From: Prevotella sp.
GTDB taxonomy: Bacteria; Bacteroidota; Bacteroidia; Bacteroidales; Bacteroidaceae
Assembly (NCBI GenBank): GCA_017449725.1
Contig: JAFTFC010000001.1
Location: 6,979 to 70,978, forward strand
Reading direction: 5' to 3'
Length of the DNA stretch: 64,000 nt
The notes under the pieces were generated by a model, which saw nothing but the letters and a program-made list of their open reading frames with translations, was not told where the DNA came from and ran no database searches. Positions 26,832-36,427 of this stretch are shown here, piece after piece (position 1 is the stretch's first letter; each line of letters opens with the position of its first letter). The position numbers and the translations under genes were made by a program.

Positions 26832-27030
26832 AGTCGTGCTACTAGCGAGATACAGGCTTCCGGCAGGGCAGGGCGTGGACGTAAAAATCCTGCACGGAGC
26901 CTACAAGGGGGTTTACCACGTATCGAATAAAGTAATATGTCAATCGCCGATAGAGGGCATGGAAACGAAACAAGGCAAGATTATAGCCATGCGAGCGGTA
27001 CCGATTGACGCAATGGAAAGGGTAGAATAA
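26797..27030 (+). CDS. Hypothetical protein
   Basis: AGGAGG RBS. Confidence 0.65.
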   Translation: MIEIRAPRYRDRVVLLARYRLPAGQGVDVKILHGAYKGVYHVSNKVICQSPIEGMETKQGKIIAMRAVPIDAMERVE

Positions 27031-27248
27031 TGGCGGAGAACGTAGAAACAACCTACATAAAATACCACTGCGGAATCTGTGGGTGCGACCTCGTAAAAGA
27101 ACTATGCTTTACCAAGGAGGTAGATTATAAGGTTGTAGAAATAGAGAAAACGCGTCTGAAACAAGAGCATGGAGACTTGCACGTGGACGCATTAAAATTA
27201 AGAGAGGGGCGCAGAATATGGAACGCCCTCAAGGGAGTTTTAGAATGA
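27030..27248 (+). CDS. Hypothetical protein with CxxC motif
   Basis: TAATG coupling; YHCGICG. Confidence 0.6.
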   Translation: MAENVETTYIKYHCGICGCDLVKELCFTKEVDYKVVEIEKTRLKQEHGDLHVDALKLREGRRIWNALKGVLE

Positions 27249-27427
27249 AAAATCATAAACCACGACCGCAAACTTTACTAGACACGGCGCGCTGGCACGT
27301 GTCCAAAGACGCAAAATCTGCGTGGGACAACGTGAATAGACGCCGAGAGAGGAGGCAAAATGCCATCAACCGTGCGAAGACCCGCAGTGCGCAGAAAAAC
27401 GCCGGCAAGACCGCAAAAAACGCGTAG
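27245..27427 (+). CDS. Small basic hypothetical protein
   Basis: ATGA coupling; GGGAG RBS. Confidence 0.5.
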   Translation: MKNHKPRPQTLLDTARWHVSKDAKSAWDNVNRRRERRQNAINRAKTRSAQKNAGKTAKNA

Positions 27428-27860
27428 TACAGCCAAAAAAACGAAGAAAGACGTGCCAATCGAGGACGACGAGTGTATATTATTCCATAACTGGCTCAAA
27501 GCACGTGACATAGACCACACGCATATTCCGAATGAGAGCAGGTCAAGCAAAAAAGACGCAGCCATACGCGCACGGAAGTTGCAGAAGATGGGATTATCAC
27601 GAGGCGTATGGGATTATGAGATATGGGTGCCGATATACAACTGCGACGGAGAGATAGACGACTACCAACTTCTCAAAATAGAAATGAAACGACAACGCGG
27701 CGGAGGTTCTACTACTACGCCGGAGCAGAGGAGATGGGGCAAAATCTACGAGAAATCCGGTTGCTGCGAATGTAGAGTATGCTACGGCGCAGCAGAAGCA
27801 GAGAAGTTTGTCGAGGAGTACTGGCGCGACCCAAGATTCAATGACGACGAGGTATTTTAA
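27360..27860 (+). CDS. VRR-NUC-like nuclease (putative resolvase)
   Basis: HIPNE, MGLSRGVWD, IEMKR and TPEQ..W motifs. Confidence 0.8.
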   Translation: MPSTVRRPAVRRKTPARPQKTRSTAKKTKKDVPIEDDECILFHNWLKARDIDHTHIPNESRSSKKDAAIRARKLQKMGLSRGVWDYEIWVPIYNCDGEIDDYQLLKIEMKRQRGGGSTTTPEQRRWGKIYEKSGCCECRVCYGAAEAEKFVEEYWRDPRFNDDEVF

Positions 27861-27861
27861 C

Positions 27862-28128
27862 ATGAAAAAGAAGAAGTTTACGCCGGGCGCCAAAGTGCGC
27901 TACGGCATAATGCTCGCAGACCAACGGCACATGAAGTTTATCAGAGCGCAACTCATGCTCAAGACCGGCGGAATCTGCGCTATATGTGGTAAAAAGATAG
28001 AAAAAGACGAAGACGCAACGCTAGACCACATTATACCGCGTTCTATGGGCGGTGCAACAACCATGGACAACCTACAACTTGCGCATAAATCGTGCAATTT
28101 AGAAAAAGGCAACATATTTACAATTTAA
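27862..28128 (+). CDS. HNH endonuclease
   Basis: CAICG, TLDHIIPRS.GG and NLQLAH..CN..KG motifs. Confidence 0.9.
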   Translation: MKKKKFTPGAKVRYGIMLADQRHMKFIRAQLMLKTGGICAICGKKIEKDEDATLDHIIPRSMGGATTMDNLQLAHKSCNLEKGNIFTI

Positions 28129-28131
28129 GTA

Positions 28132-28160
28132 TTGACAAAATGCTTTCGGTTTGATACAAT
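28132..28160 (+). promoter_or_regulatory. Sigma70-type promoter driving an ORF-less transcript
   Basis: TTGACA-17-TACAAT with GCTTTCGGT in the spacer. Confidence 0.8.
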
Positions 28161-28164
28161 AATA

Positions 28165-28360
28165 ATGTACCCCACCGGAGATTGTAGGCGCACCGTTAGG
28201 GCGAATCCAGAGTCCGGCGTCCGTGAGTGATAACTCGGGTACGGGTGATATGTGTATGACCTTGCGGGAACACCCCCCGCGTTCTATGAACACAATAAAC
28301 GTTGAGAGTTTATCTATGTCGAAAAAGCCACTCTAAAATAACTGCGAGGGTGGCTTTTTC
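28165..28360 (+). ncRNA. Putative structured small RNA 1
   Basis: Between promoter and terminator; nested stems GTACCC/GGGTAC, CCGGA/TCCGG, GAGT/ACTC, GCGGG/CCCGC; no RBS-led ORF. Confidence 0.5.
28321..28360 (+). terminator. Intrinsic terminator
   Basis: GAAAAAGCCAC...GTGGCTTTTTC. Confidence 0.75.
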
Positions 28361-28409
28361 GTGGTATAATGGGATTAACATTAACATTTTACAAGAAAGG
28401 CAATCAGCC

Positions 28410-28883
28410 ATGAAAAATGAGACTAAAATCGCCACAAAGCAGGCGAAAGAAAGGGGTTCTCCTATTAACGGTGTCGTGCCTCCGAAAGACCGGAGATTCG
28501 GGCAGCCAAACGGGAATCCACGGCATAATGGGGCATGGAAGAAAGAAGACACCCCGCGCTATAAGATGGAGCGCATGATAACCCTCGAGAAAGAGGAACT
28601 ACAAGCCATAATTGACGACCCACACGCACCAGAGTTTGAGAAGTCAATCGCAGATATTATAATGAGTATTCGAGTGGACGTGAACGACGAGGGGAATCCG
28701 CTACCAGCACACCAGCGAATCAAAACGATAGAGAGTCTGATTAACCAAGTATACGGAACGCCAGCACAAACGCAAGTCACGGTTAGCGCAGACATGGAGG
28801 AGAAAGAAAAGGCGGGCTTTATCAAGGGTATATTCATACCGGGGAGCGATAATGACGATAGAGGAACAGATAGCAGCCGCTAA
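28410..28883 (+). CDS. Putative terminase small subunit
   Basis: Directly upstream of TerL; F..PNGNP..G motif; AGAAAGG RBS. Confidence 0.7.
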   Translation: MKNETKIATKQAKERGSPINGVVPPKDRRFGQPNGNPRHNGAWKKEDTPRYKMERMITLEKEELQAIIDDPHAPEFEKSIADIIMSIRVDVNDEGNPLPAHQRIKTIESLINQVYGTPAQTQVTVSADMEEKEKAGFIKGIFIPGSDNDDRGTDSSR

Positions 28884-30504
28884 AAAGGCGGGGTACTGGA
28901 CACCGTTGCCGGGTCCGCAGACTTTAGCGTGTCAGTTAGCGATGTTGACGAATAAATACAGGGAGATATTATTCGGCGGCGCTCGGGGTCCGGGCAAGAC
29001 AGAATGGTCTATTGCTACAATGGCAGAGAGAATAGACAACCCACGTTATCAGGGGTTAGTTTTGCGTAAGAATGCAGACGACCTCACGGATTATTGCGTA
29101 CGGTGCGAGGAGATGTACCAGTACGCCAATGTTGTTGTGCGACGTAATCCAATGGTGCTGCGATTCGGAGCCAATGCTTTACGAGCCAAAGGCGCTATGA
29201 TTCGTGGCGGTCATTTACACGATAAGACCTCATACATTAAGTATCAGGGTCAGCAGTTCTCGCGTATCGGTATCGAGGAGTTGACGCAGATTCCGAGCGA
29301 GTTATTATACAAGCAGATTATGTCGTCGTGCCGTAGTATTTACCCCGAAATGAACCCGCAAATGATATTGACAGCCAACCCGGGCGGTGTAGGCATGGGC
29401 TGGGTTAAGCGTCGATTCGTGGAGCCGGTGGACTTGCAGTCTGACGATTTTACACGTACTGATTTAGAGAACGGAGACGTGTTGATTGAATCCGTGCGCG
29501 TGAAATGGTGGCAGAGGCAGTATTTTTGGACTGATATTAAGGGCGTGAAGCGAATCACCGTATGGAACGAGATATACGACAAGATAGAGGAGACGTGGCG
29601 CTGCTTTATTCCGGCGACCATCGACACCAACCCTATTTTAACCGAGAACGACCCCACATACGTAAAAATGCTCGAGGGTTTGAAGACCACCGACGAGGCA
29701 TTATACAACGCATGGAGGCATGGTGACTGGAGCGTATTCGCAGGGCAGGTATTTACCGAGTTTGATAGAACCAAACACGTTATAACGAACTTCGCAGACA
29801 TCGGAACTACCACGGCGCAGTTTAACGAGGCGGTGAAGATTATCAGTATGGACTGGGGCTATTCAGACGATACAGCCATATATTTTACCGCTCTCATAGA
29901 CGGTAGACCGGTGACGTATAAGGAAATGGTGGGGAATCAGAAACTAGCGTCGGAGTGGGGCAAAGAGTTGCGCGACTACCTCGAAACAAGCGACCAGCGC
30001 ATAGATTATTTTGTATACCCGAGCGATATGGAAGACAAGAAGAACGGCAAGTCCTCGCCGATAGACGACATCGTAGCGGAATTGAATAAACTCCCACCAG
30101 ATAAACAGCCGTCAATGAAAATGATTAGCCGAGAAGCAGGCTCACGTGCAATCAGGCAACACGCCACGCATAAATACTTGAAAGCAGACCCACCGGCAAA
30201 GATATTTAAGTCCTGCGCGAATCTGATTCGAGTGCTGCCGGAATTAGTGTACGACGAGACGCGCAAAGAGGAGATAGACGTAGACACAGACCACGAACTC
30301 ACCAACCCGTACGATGGCTGGAGTTATGGCTTGCGCTGGCTATCAGAACGGAAGCCCGGAGAACTCATACATAAATCAGAACTCGTCGGCAAGCCCACGT
30401 ATGGCATTAAGGCTGGTGATACAATGCGTGACGCTGGCATAGACCCTGCGGAGATGGTACGTAAAGCCAACCGGCACAATGGCGGAGACTGGCGTACCCA
30501 TTGA
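28852..30504 (+). CDS. terL: Terminase large subunit
   Basis: GGARGPGKT Walker A, IGIEELTQ Walker B, TANPGG, DWGY and nuclease Asp residues. Confidence 0.95.
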   Translation: MTIEEQIAAAKKAGYWTPLPGPQTLACQLAMLTNKYREILFGGARGPGKTEWSIATMAERIDNPRYQGLVLRKNADDLTDYCVRCEEMYQYANVVVRRNPMVLRFGANALRAKGAMIRGGHLHDKTSYIKYQGQQFSRIGIEELTQIPSELLYKQIMSSCRSIYPEMNPQMILTANPGGVGMGWVKRRFVEPVDLQSDDFTRTDLENGDVLIESVRVKWWQRQYFWTDIKGVKRITVWNEIYDKIEETWRCFIPATIDTNPILTENDPTYVKMLEGLKTTDEALYNAWRHGDWSVFAGQVFTEFDRTKHVITNFADIGTTTAQFNEAVKIISMDWGYSDDTAIYFTALIDGRPVTYKEMVGNQKLASEWGKELRDYLETSDQRIDYFVYPSDMEDKKNGKSSPIDDIVAELNKLPPDKQPSMKMISREAGSRAIRQHATHKYLKADPPAKIFKSCANLIRVLPELVYDETRKEEIDVDTDHELTNPYDGWSYGLRWLSERKPGELIHKSELVGKPTYGIKAGDTMRDAGIDPAEMVRKANRHNGGDWRTH

Positions 30505-30529
30505 CAAATCGCTTACGGTATGCTACGAT
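30501..30529 (+). promoter_or_regulatory. Sigma70-type promoter driving an ORF-less transcript
   Basis: TTGACA-17-TACGAT with GCTTACGGT in the spacer. Confidence 0.65.
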
Positions 30530-30534
30530 GGAAT

Positions 30535-30741
30535 TAGTAAAAACCTCTATCGTTTTTACCTAGCACCTTACACAAGATGTGTCGGGTCGCTGGTGAACCC
30601 GACAACACACCTCCCAATAAACTCTATGTAGGACATTTCTAGATTTTGTCCTACTTACTTAAAATAAACATTTAATCAAACGCCAAAAATAACTCCACTA
30701 TTGAAAAAGCGCCCATTTCCTCGCAGTTAGGGCGCTTTTTT
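30535..30741 (+). ncRNA. Putative small RNA 2 (three hairpins plus terminator)
   Basis: 8-bp stems GTAAAAAC/GTTTTTAC, TGTCGGGT/ACCCGACA and GTAGGACA/TGTCCTAC. Confidence 0.5.
30704..30741 (+). terminator. Intrinsic terminator
   Basis: AAAAAGCGCCC...GGGCGCTTTTTT. Confidence 0.8.
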
Positions 30742-30758
30742 GTGGTATAATAGTGCTT

Positions 30759-30998
30759 ATGGAACGTAATAAACCAATCACAATTTTATTATATGAAGAC
30801 AACCTGCCAAGGTTGCGCGAGATATATTGCGTAAACTGTAAACGCCTGCTATGCAAGGTAAACTCCGACGTAAAGTCGGTGATATTCGGCGAGGGCTATG
30901 CGCCGGACGAACACAGAGAGATTGTCGCTGGCATGAATGTCGTAGAGCATAAGTGCCGGGGTTGTGACTGTATTTACAAACTCTTATTCCAGAAATAG
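30759..30998 (+). CDS. Zinc-ribbon protein (Mu Com-like)
   Basis: EIYCVNCKRLL...KCRGC. Confidence 0.65.
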   Translation: MERNKPITILLYEDNLPRLREIYCVNCKRLLCKVNSDVKSVIFGEGYAPDEHREIVAGMNVVEHKCRGCDCIYKLLFQK

Positions 30999-31066
30999 CC
31001 CGCAAGTTGGAATAAGATTTTTTATATTCCACGTACATTGAATATAGCCGAAAGGGGGTGCCATGA

Positions 31067-31462
31067 ATGGCAAAGAAGAAACGCAAAAAGAGGGGCAACT
31101 CGAGTCGTTATGGTAAGGACTTCCACCACCTGCTTTATCAACGTAGGCACTGGAGCCAAGGCTACGCGAGAGCGCTGCGCAACCACCCGTATATGGGTAA
31201 AATGATTCCGCGCGATAGTCTGCACAGCCTGATTCACTCGAAAATACACGACATACCGTGTCCGAATGGGCGCGAGTGTCGCATGGCATACGAGGAGGTT
31301 GTACGCAGAGAACGTGAGGGGCTTATTGACGTAGTGCATGACTCTTGCGAGCAGAGGTTAGACTTGCTTATCGAGATATGGGAAGATAAATGCCCAGCAA
31401 CGGTGGCTGTTCTAAAATGGCAGCGCGATTTAATCGCGAAAAACTACAAGGGCGGCGAATAG
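31067..31462 (+). CDS. Hypothetical His-rich protein (possibly HNH-like)
   Basis: DFHHLL...HSLIH motifs. Confidence 0.6.
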   Translation: MAKKKRKKRGNSSRYGKDFHHLLYQRRHWSQGYARALRNHPYMGKMIPRDSLHSLIHSKIHDIPCPNGRECRMAYEEVVRREREGLIDVVHDSCEQRLDLLIEIWEDKCPATVAVLKWQRDLIAKNYKGGE

Positions 31463-31528
31463 TCGCCCTTTCACCTCTATTGTAATAAGTATTGCGTTTA
31501 TGTTATAATAGGCTAAAGGAGATTCACA

Positions 31529-33679
31529 ATGAATAGCGAAAATGATAAAATGAGCGAACAGGAAACCGGACTGAAACAAGAACTGCCGGTGCTTTCGCTA
31601 TCGGTACCCGACAGGGACTTAATACAAAACTTTAAGCGTTGGGAAAAAGAGGCGCAAGCGTTTTGGAATGACCCAGCAGGCTACAACTTAAAAGAAAAAC
31701 GAAAACGCAACCAAGCCTACTACCTAGGCAAGCAGATTGAAAAATCTAAATTGTACAGTTATCAGGTGCCGTTTATCGACAACGAATTGTTTGTCGCAAC
31801 AGAGACCATCACGGCTTATACTACATCGTCTGACCCATCGGCAGAAGTATTGCCGGAGAATGACACGACGCAGGCTAAAGTTATGGCAGAGGAGTTGGAA
31901 TGGGGGCTTAACGTACACTCCCAGAGGTGCAATTTAGCGAAAAAAATAGAGCAGGTAGAACGCTCTATGTTTTTGAATTATGTGGGCGTGATTAAACTCT
32001 ACTATGACGCAGAATTAGACGACATCGTGCCACAAGTTATTGACCCAGAAAAGATTATATTCGACCAATCCTGCCGCCAAGGTGACAATCCGCTATTTAT
32101 CTCCGAACTACGAGAAGCCACCCTGCAACAGATTATAAATATGTTCCCAGAGAAGCGCGACGAAATCATGGAGCGCTGCGGACGCGTACGTATGACTCCG
32201 AAACTTGCGAACTCCATCTACACCTATAAGGAAGTGTGGTTTACGCAGATTGACGACGACGGAGAGACCGAGTGCGTAGCGTGGTATATGGACGACCTCT
32301 TATTAGATAAGAAAAAGAACCCGAACTTCCTCTATGACGAAGACGGCGTGAAGATTACGAACTACTTAGACCGTGCCGAGAAGCCTTATATCATATTTAA
32401 CTATATGAACGACGGCAAGCACGTGATAGACCAGACAACGCCGTTTGAACAGGCGATTCCACTGCAAGATATTCTAAACAAGCGCGGACGACAAATCGTA
32501 GAGAACGCAGACACAGCGAACGCTATTCTAGTATTGAAATCTGGTGCTATCACATCGGACGAAGCGGAGAATATCACTCGCGACCCGAACCAGATTCTAC
32601 TGCTCAACGTGACCGAATCCGACCCGCTATCGAACGCATACGGCTCGATTGAACCACATCTACTCCCGAATTACGTGCTAAATGATAAGCAGGACGTTAA
32701 GAACGCTATTCATGAGATTATGGGTACGCCGGCTCAATTCAGAGGCTCCGACGACCGTGGAGGAGTCGGTACGCTCGGCGAGGCTAGAATGGTACAGACG
32801 CAAGCCTCCGGACGACAGGACGCCGTTATACGTGCGCTAGAGCAGGGTTTGGACAAGTACTACAAATTACTCGTGCAAATGATGAAAGTTTGGTACGATA
32901 CGCCGAAGTTCTTTGCGTGTCGCGACAATGATGGTAAGTTTGTGCAGGTAGAACTCTCCCGCGAGAGAATCCCAGATATTGCATGGGTATCTGTGGAACA
33001 CGGTACAACGCAGCAGAAGAATAAGGAACGTCAAGAAAACGTAGCCATGACGCTCGCGAAACTCGGTTTGATTGACCCGTACAACCTATTTAAGGACTTG
33101 GGCATGAAGAACGCCGACCAGCGCTACGAAACCCTAGTCAAGTTCAAGATGTCTCCGGACTCACTCTCTGAAGAAGTACGTGCAGAGAATCAGAACCGCA
33201 CGGCTTATATCGACTTTGCCTGCATTATGAATGGCGAAATGATAGAACCTCACGACGACATCGACGCAGAGCATATACTCGCACATCGTACGCAGATTAC
33301 CTCTGACAGATTCTTATATGCTAAACCGGAACGCCAAAAAGCCATGATAAATCATATTCAGGGCGAGGTGTTTAAGTTGCAACAGCGCGTGAGACTACAA
33401 GAAGCCAGTATGCAGGGCTTATTGCTAGACCCGAACGCTCCTATAACCCCAGATGTGCCAGAACTCCCAGCGCAGGCTCCAATGGCTCCTCAAGGTATGC
33501 CAATGGCTCAACCAGCAGGCGGACTGATGGGCGGGCAGAGTATGGGCGACCAACTCATGCAACAGCAAATGCCGTCTCAAGGAATGCCTATGCCTCAAGG
33601 TATGGTAGAATCCGCAAACGCAGTCCAGCCAGTAGATAACATGGCAGGCGGAATGATGGGTCAGACCATCATGCGATAG
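31529..33679 (+). CDS. Portal protein
   Basis: 716 aa downstream of TerL; P22/T7-like long portal with Gln/Met/Pro-rich tail. Confidence 0.8.
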   Translation: MNSENDKMSEQETGLKQELPVLSLSVPDRDLIQNFKRWEKEAQAFWNDPAGYNLKEKRKRNQAYYLGKQIEKSKLYSYQVPFIDNELFVATETITAYTTSSDPSAEVLPENDTTQAKVMAEELEWGLNVHSQRCNLAKKIEQVERSMFLNYVGVIKLYYDAELDDIVPQVIDPEKIIFDQSCRQGDNPLFISELREATLQQIINMFPEKRDEIMERCGRVRMTPKLANSIYTYKEVWFTQIDDDGETECVAWYMDDLLLDKKKNPNFLYDEDGVKITNYLDRAEKPYIIFNYMNDGKHVIDQTTPFEQAIPLQDILNKRGRQIVENADTANAILVLKSGAITSDEAENITRDPNQILLLNVTESDPLSNAYGSIEPHLLPNYVLNDKQDVKNAIHEIMGTPAQFRGSDDRGGVGTLGEARMVQTQASGRQDAVIRALEQGLDKYYKLLVQMMKVWYDTPKFFACRDNDGKFVQVELSRERIPDIAWVSVEHGTTQQKNKERQENVAMTLAKLGLIDPYNLFKDLGMKNADQRYETLVKFKMSPDSLSEEVRAENQNRTAYIDFACIMNGEMIEPHDDIDAEHILAHRTQITSDRFLYAKPERQKAMINHIQGEVFKLQQRVRLQEASMQGLLLDPNAPITPDVPELPAQAPMAPQGMPMAQPAGGLMGGQSMGDQLMQQQMPSQGMPMPQGMVESANAVQPVDNMAGGMMGQTIMR

Positions 33680-33768
33680 TCGCGCAACATATATTTTGCG
33701 ACATTGAACGTGTTTATGGTATAATGGAAGTATTAACATTAACCATTAAAAGAAAGGCAAGCAGCCAA

Positions 33769-34941
33769 ATGGACGCAGACTTAACGGAAATTGCGCTTAA
33801 TGCGCTAGAAGCCGCCGAATCCGCCGACGAAAAAGACACCTCGAATGGTGACGACGGTGGTGGCGACGAAAAAGACACCGGTGCTGAAGACACCGGCGAA
33901 TCCGAAAATACCAACGAGGAAGAAACCTCGGAGGAAACGGACGAGGGAGAAGACGAAGCCGACGAATCAGACGACGGCGACGAGGAAGATAACGAGGAGG
34001 GAGAGGACAATGCCTCTGACGACGATAATAACGATAATGATTCTGGCTCTGATAGTGAGTCTGGGAAGTCAGATAAGACCTCCAAAAGCGTAAAGAAAAA
34101 AGAGGAGATGTCGGACGACGAGTTCGAGGAACTAGCCAAAAAGCGTGGCTACTCTAAAACTCCTACCGACGCTGATAAAAAGGCGGAGGAAGAAGCCCAG
34201 AAGCGCGCCGCAGCAGAAAAGGCGCAATTCGAGCGCATGACTCGCAAACCAGCGGAAGTGCCACAGGAAGTGTGGGACGATACGCCAGACAACAATAAGA
34301 TTGTCTACAATAATCTACCTATTATTACTGCACGTGGTGCCAATGGCAAGACTGTCAACGTCAAGTTGCCAGACCAGTTGCCGGCAGACTTTAAGTTCGA
34401 GGACGAAAAGGCTCGAACGGAGTTTATGACAGCCATGCAAGAGCAATCAAACCGCATGAATGGTATGTTAAATGCCCTCAACGCGCGCGACGAGCGAATA
34501 AAGCAGGACGAAGCACGGTTAGCAGAAGCCCACAGGACGGTAGACGCAGTGAAAGCCCTCCAAAAGAGCGGCGCATTGCCTACACCAAAGGCTGAATACG
34601 GTACAAAGGAGTTCGATAACGACCCAGCCGTTAAAACCATCAACAACGTGCTTAATTACCGCGTAGAACGCGCCAGACAAGGCGTGAATCTGACAGTAGA
34701 GGACGCATTGACGCTTTACAAGTCGGCTCACCCTGACGAGTTCAAAAAGACGGAGACCAAAAAGGCTGATACCAAAGCCAAAGGCGACGAGGAACGCAAA
34801 AAAGTTGCGCAGAAGATAGCCGGTGGCAAGAAGTCGACCAACAAATCCGCAAGCGACAAAGCAAAGGGGGAACATAAATACTACAAGTTCGGAATGTCCA
34901 CGCAGGACGTGCTAGACCGAGCGCTAGAAGATTTAGATTAA
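33769..34941 (+). CDS. Putative capsid scaffolding protein
   Basis: Follows the portal gene; very acidic N-terminus, helical core, basic C-terminus. Confidence 0.65.
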   Translation: MDADLTEIALNALEAAESADEKDTSNGDDGGGDEKDTGAEDTGESENTNEEETSEETDEGEDEADESDDGDEEDNEEGEDNASDDDNNDNDSGSDSESGKSDKTSKSVKKKEEMSDDEFEELAKKRGYSKTPTDADKKAEEEAQKRAAAEKAQFERMTRKPAEVPQEVWDDTPDNNKIVYNNLPIITARGANGKTVNVKLPDQLPADFKFEDEKARTEFMTAMQEQSNRMNGMLNALNARDERIKQDEARLAEAHRTVDAVKALQKSGALPTPKAEYGTKEFDNDPAVKTINNVLNYRVERARQGVNLTVEDALTLYKSAHPDEFKKTETKKADTKAKGDEERKKVAQKIAGGKKSTNKSASDKAKGEHKYYKFGMSTQDVLDRALEDLD

Positions 34942-34957
34942 ATAGGAGACAATCAAA

Positions 34958-35629
34958 ATGAGTGATACTAAAGATACCAAAAAGACCGAGGCTTCAAAAG
35001 CCGAGGAAGTCAAAGAAGAAAAGGTAGAAACTCCGGTAGAGGAGAAAGCCGAAAAGAAAACCGAGGCACCAAAAGCCAAAGCCCCAGAGAAAAAGGTAGA
35101 CACCTCACTAGAAGACGCAGAGATGGCGCAGGAACTCTTGGAGAGTTCTGTATCAGAAGCCAACGTGCGTTCTGGTGGCGCCGGTGGTAGGCTCACTATT
35201 CGTGAGGCGCTTATGGAATACTTTAGCCCGACAGACCTCGTGACGATTAAAAACCCGTTCGATTTCAATACCGGTTGGGTATATTCTGACCCGAAAGACA
35301 TTAAGATAGAGCAACCTAGTGCAGAAACTCGTCGTGTTTACGGTGTAGGTAGGGATTATGCAAAAACTCGTATTCTCCGCGCCGGACAAGACATCACGAT
35401 TCCGGGTTGGGAAGCATACGTCGGCATTACGCGATTCTATAAGCAGTGGTGCCAGCAGTCTTACAGAGGTGGCGTAGAAGCCTCCATGAATAACCCTGCT
35501 GTATTCAAGAAGTTTATGTCTATGGTTTACGATGGCATATTCGACCCGAATAAAGGCAAAGACACCGAGATTGACCGAGACGCAGCAGCACGTGCGGCGC
35601 TAGAGAGAGATTTAGGTTTAGCGGAGTAG
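34958..35629 (+). CDS. Hypothetical protein
   Basis: AGGAG RBS; Lys/Glu-rich N-terminus. Confidence 0.7.
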   Translation: MSDTKDTKKTEASKAEEVKEEKVETPVEEKAEKKTEAPKAKAPEKKVDTSLEDAEMAQELLESSVSEANVRSGGAGGRLTIREALMEYFSPTDLVTIKNPFDFNTGWVYSDPKDIKIEQPSAETRRVYGVGRDYAKTRILRAGQDITIPGWEAYVGITRFYKQWCQQSYRGGVEASMNNPAVFKKFMSMVYDGIFDPNKGKDTEIDRDAAARAALERDLGLAE

Positions 35630-35633
35630 AACA

Positions 35634-35924
35634 GTGGGCGCAGAACTCTCAACACTTATCGGAAACGGCGGGGAGTTGGCAGACTTACGCCAACTGCTCG
35701 CTAAAACCCGAAAAGAAATTGACGACGCCTCCGAATCAGGCAACGAGGCGTTGCTCAATTTACAATTAGAGTATGAGGAGTTGGCAGAGAAGAAGCGCGA
35801 ACTGCTACGTGAGATAGAGAAACTAGAAAATCAACGTGACGGCTTGCAGGACAAATTGCGCGCCGCCGAAAATACATACGGGCAATATCTGAAACAGATT
35901 CGCGCCGGCAAGAAAGGAGAATAA
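35634..35924 (+). CDS. Coiled-coil hypothetical protein
   Basis: GGAG RBS, GTG start, heptad pattern. Confidence 0.65.
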   Translation: MGAELSTLIGNGGELADLRQLLAKTRKEIDDASESGNEALLNLQLEYEELAEKKRELLREIEKLENQRDGLQDKLRAAENTYGQYLKQIRAGKKGE

Positions 35925-36392
35925 ATGCAAAAGAAAAATCCGTTTATGTGGTTCGCCTACCTCTGGAGGGCGGAGTTCTCAAACGGTAAGAAAATCACCC
36001 AAGACCCCGAAGACTTATACTCGAAGCATAACAGCAAAGCAGAATATAACCCCTCGTCGTTCCGTGACTTCCTCGATTATCAGGAAGAACACCCCAACGT
36101 ACGACTGGTAAAGTTCTGCATTTTTAATAATGAAAAAACGTACACCGTGTCATTCGAGAATCCGAAGCGACCGGTTATCTACTACGACGAAAATAACAGA
36201 TACGGAATACCAACCAAGCACTACGAGTGGTTTAAGTGCAAGCGCGACCTCGAAAACGTGCGACCAATATACTATCGGCGCATGGAGAAGAACCTACAAA
36301 CGCAGGAGACAAAGATTCTGCACTACGTGATAGGATTCCAAGGCAACGAGGAGAACGGCAACAACTTCAAAAAAGAGTTAAAGGTGGTATAA
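35925..36392 (+). CDS. Hypothetical protein
   Basis: AGAAAGGAG RBS. Confidence 0.7.
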   Translation: MQKKNPFMWFAYLWRAEFSNGKKITQDPEDLYSKHNSKAEYNPSSFRDFLDYQEEHPNVRLVKFCIFNNEKTYTVSFENPKRPVIYYDENNRYGIPTKHYEWFKCKRDLENVRPIYYRRMEKNLQTQETKILHYVIGFQGNEENGNNFKKELKVV

Positions 36393-36427
36393 TAAGAATA
36401 AGCGTGTAAACCAAGAAAGGAGGAAAT

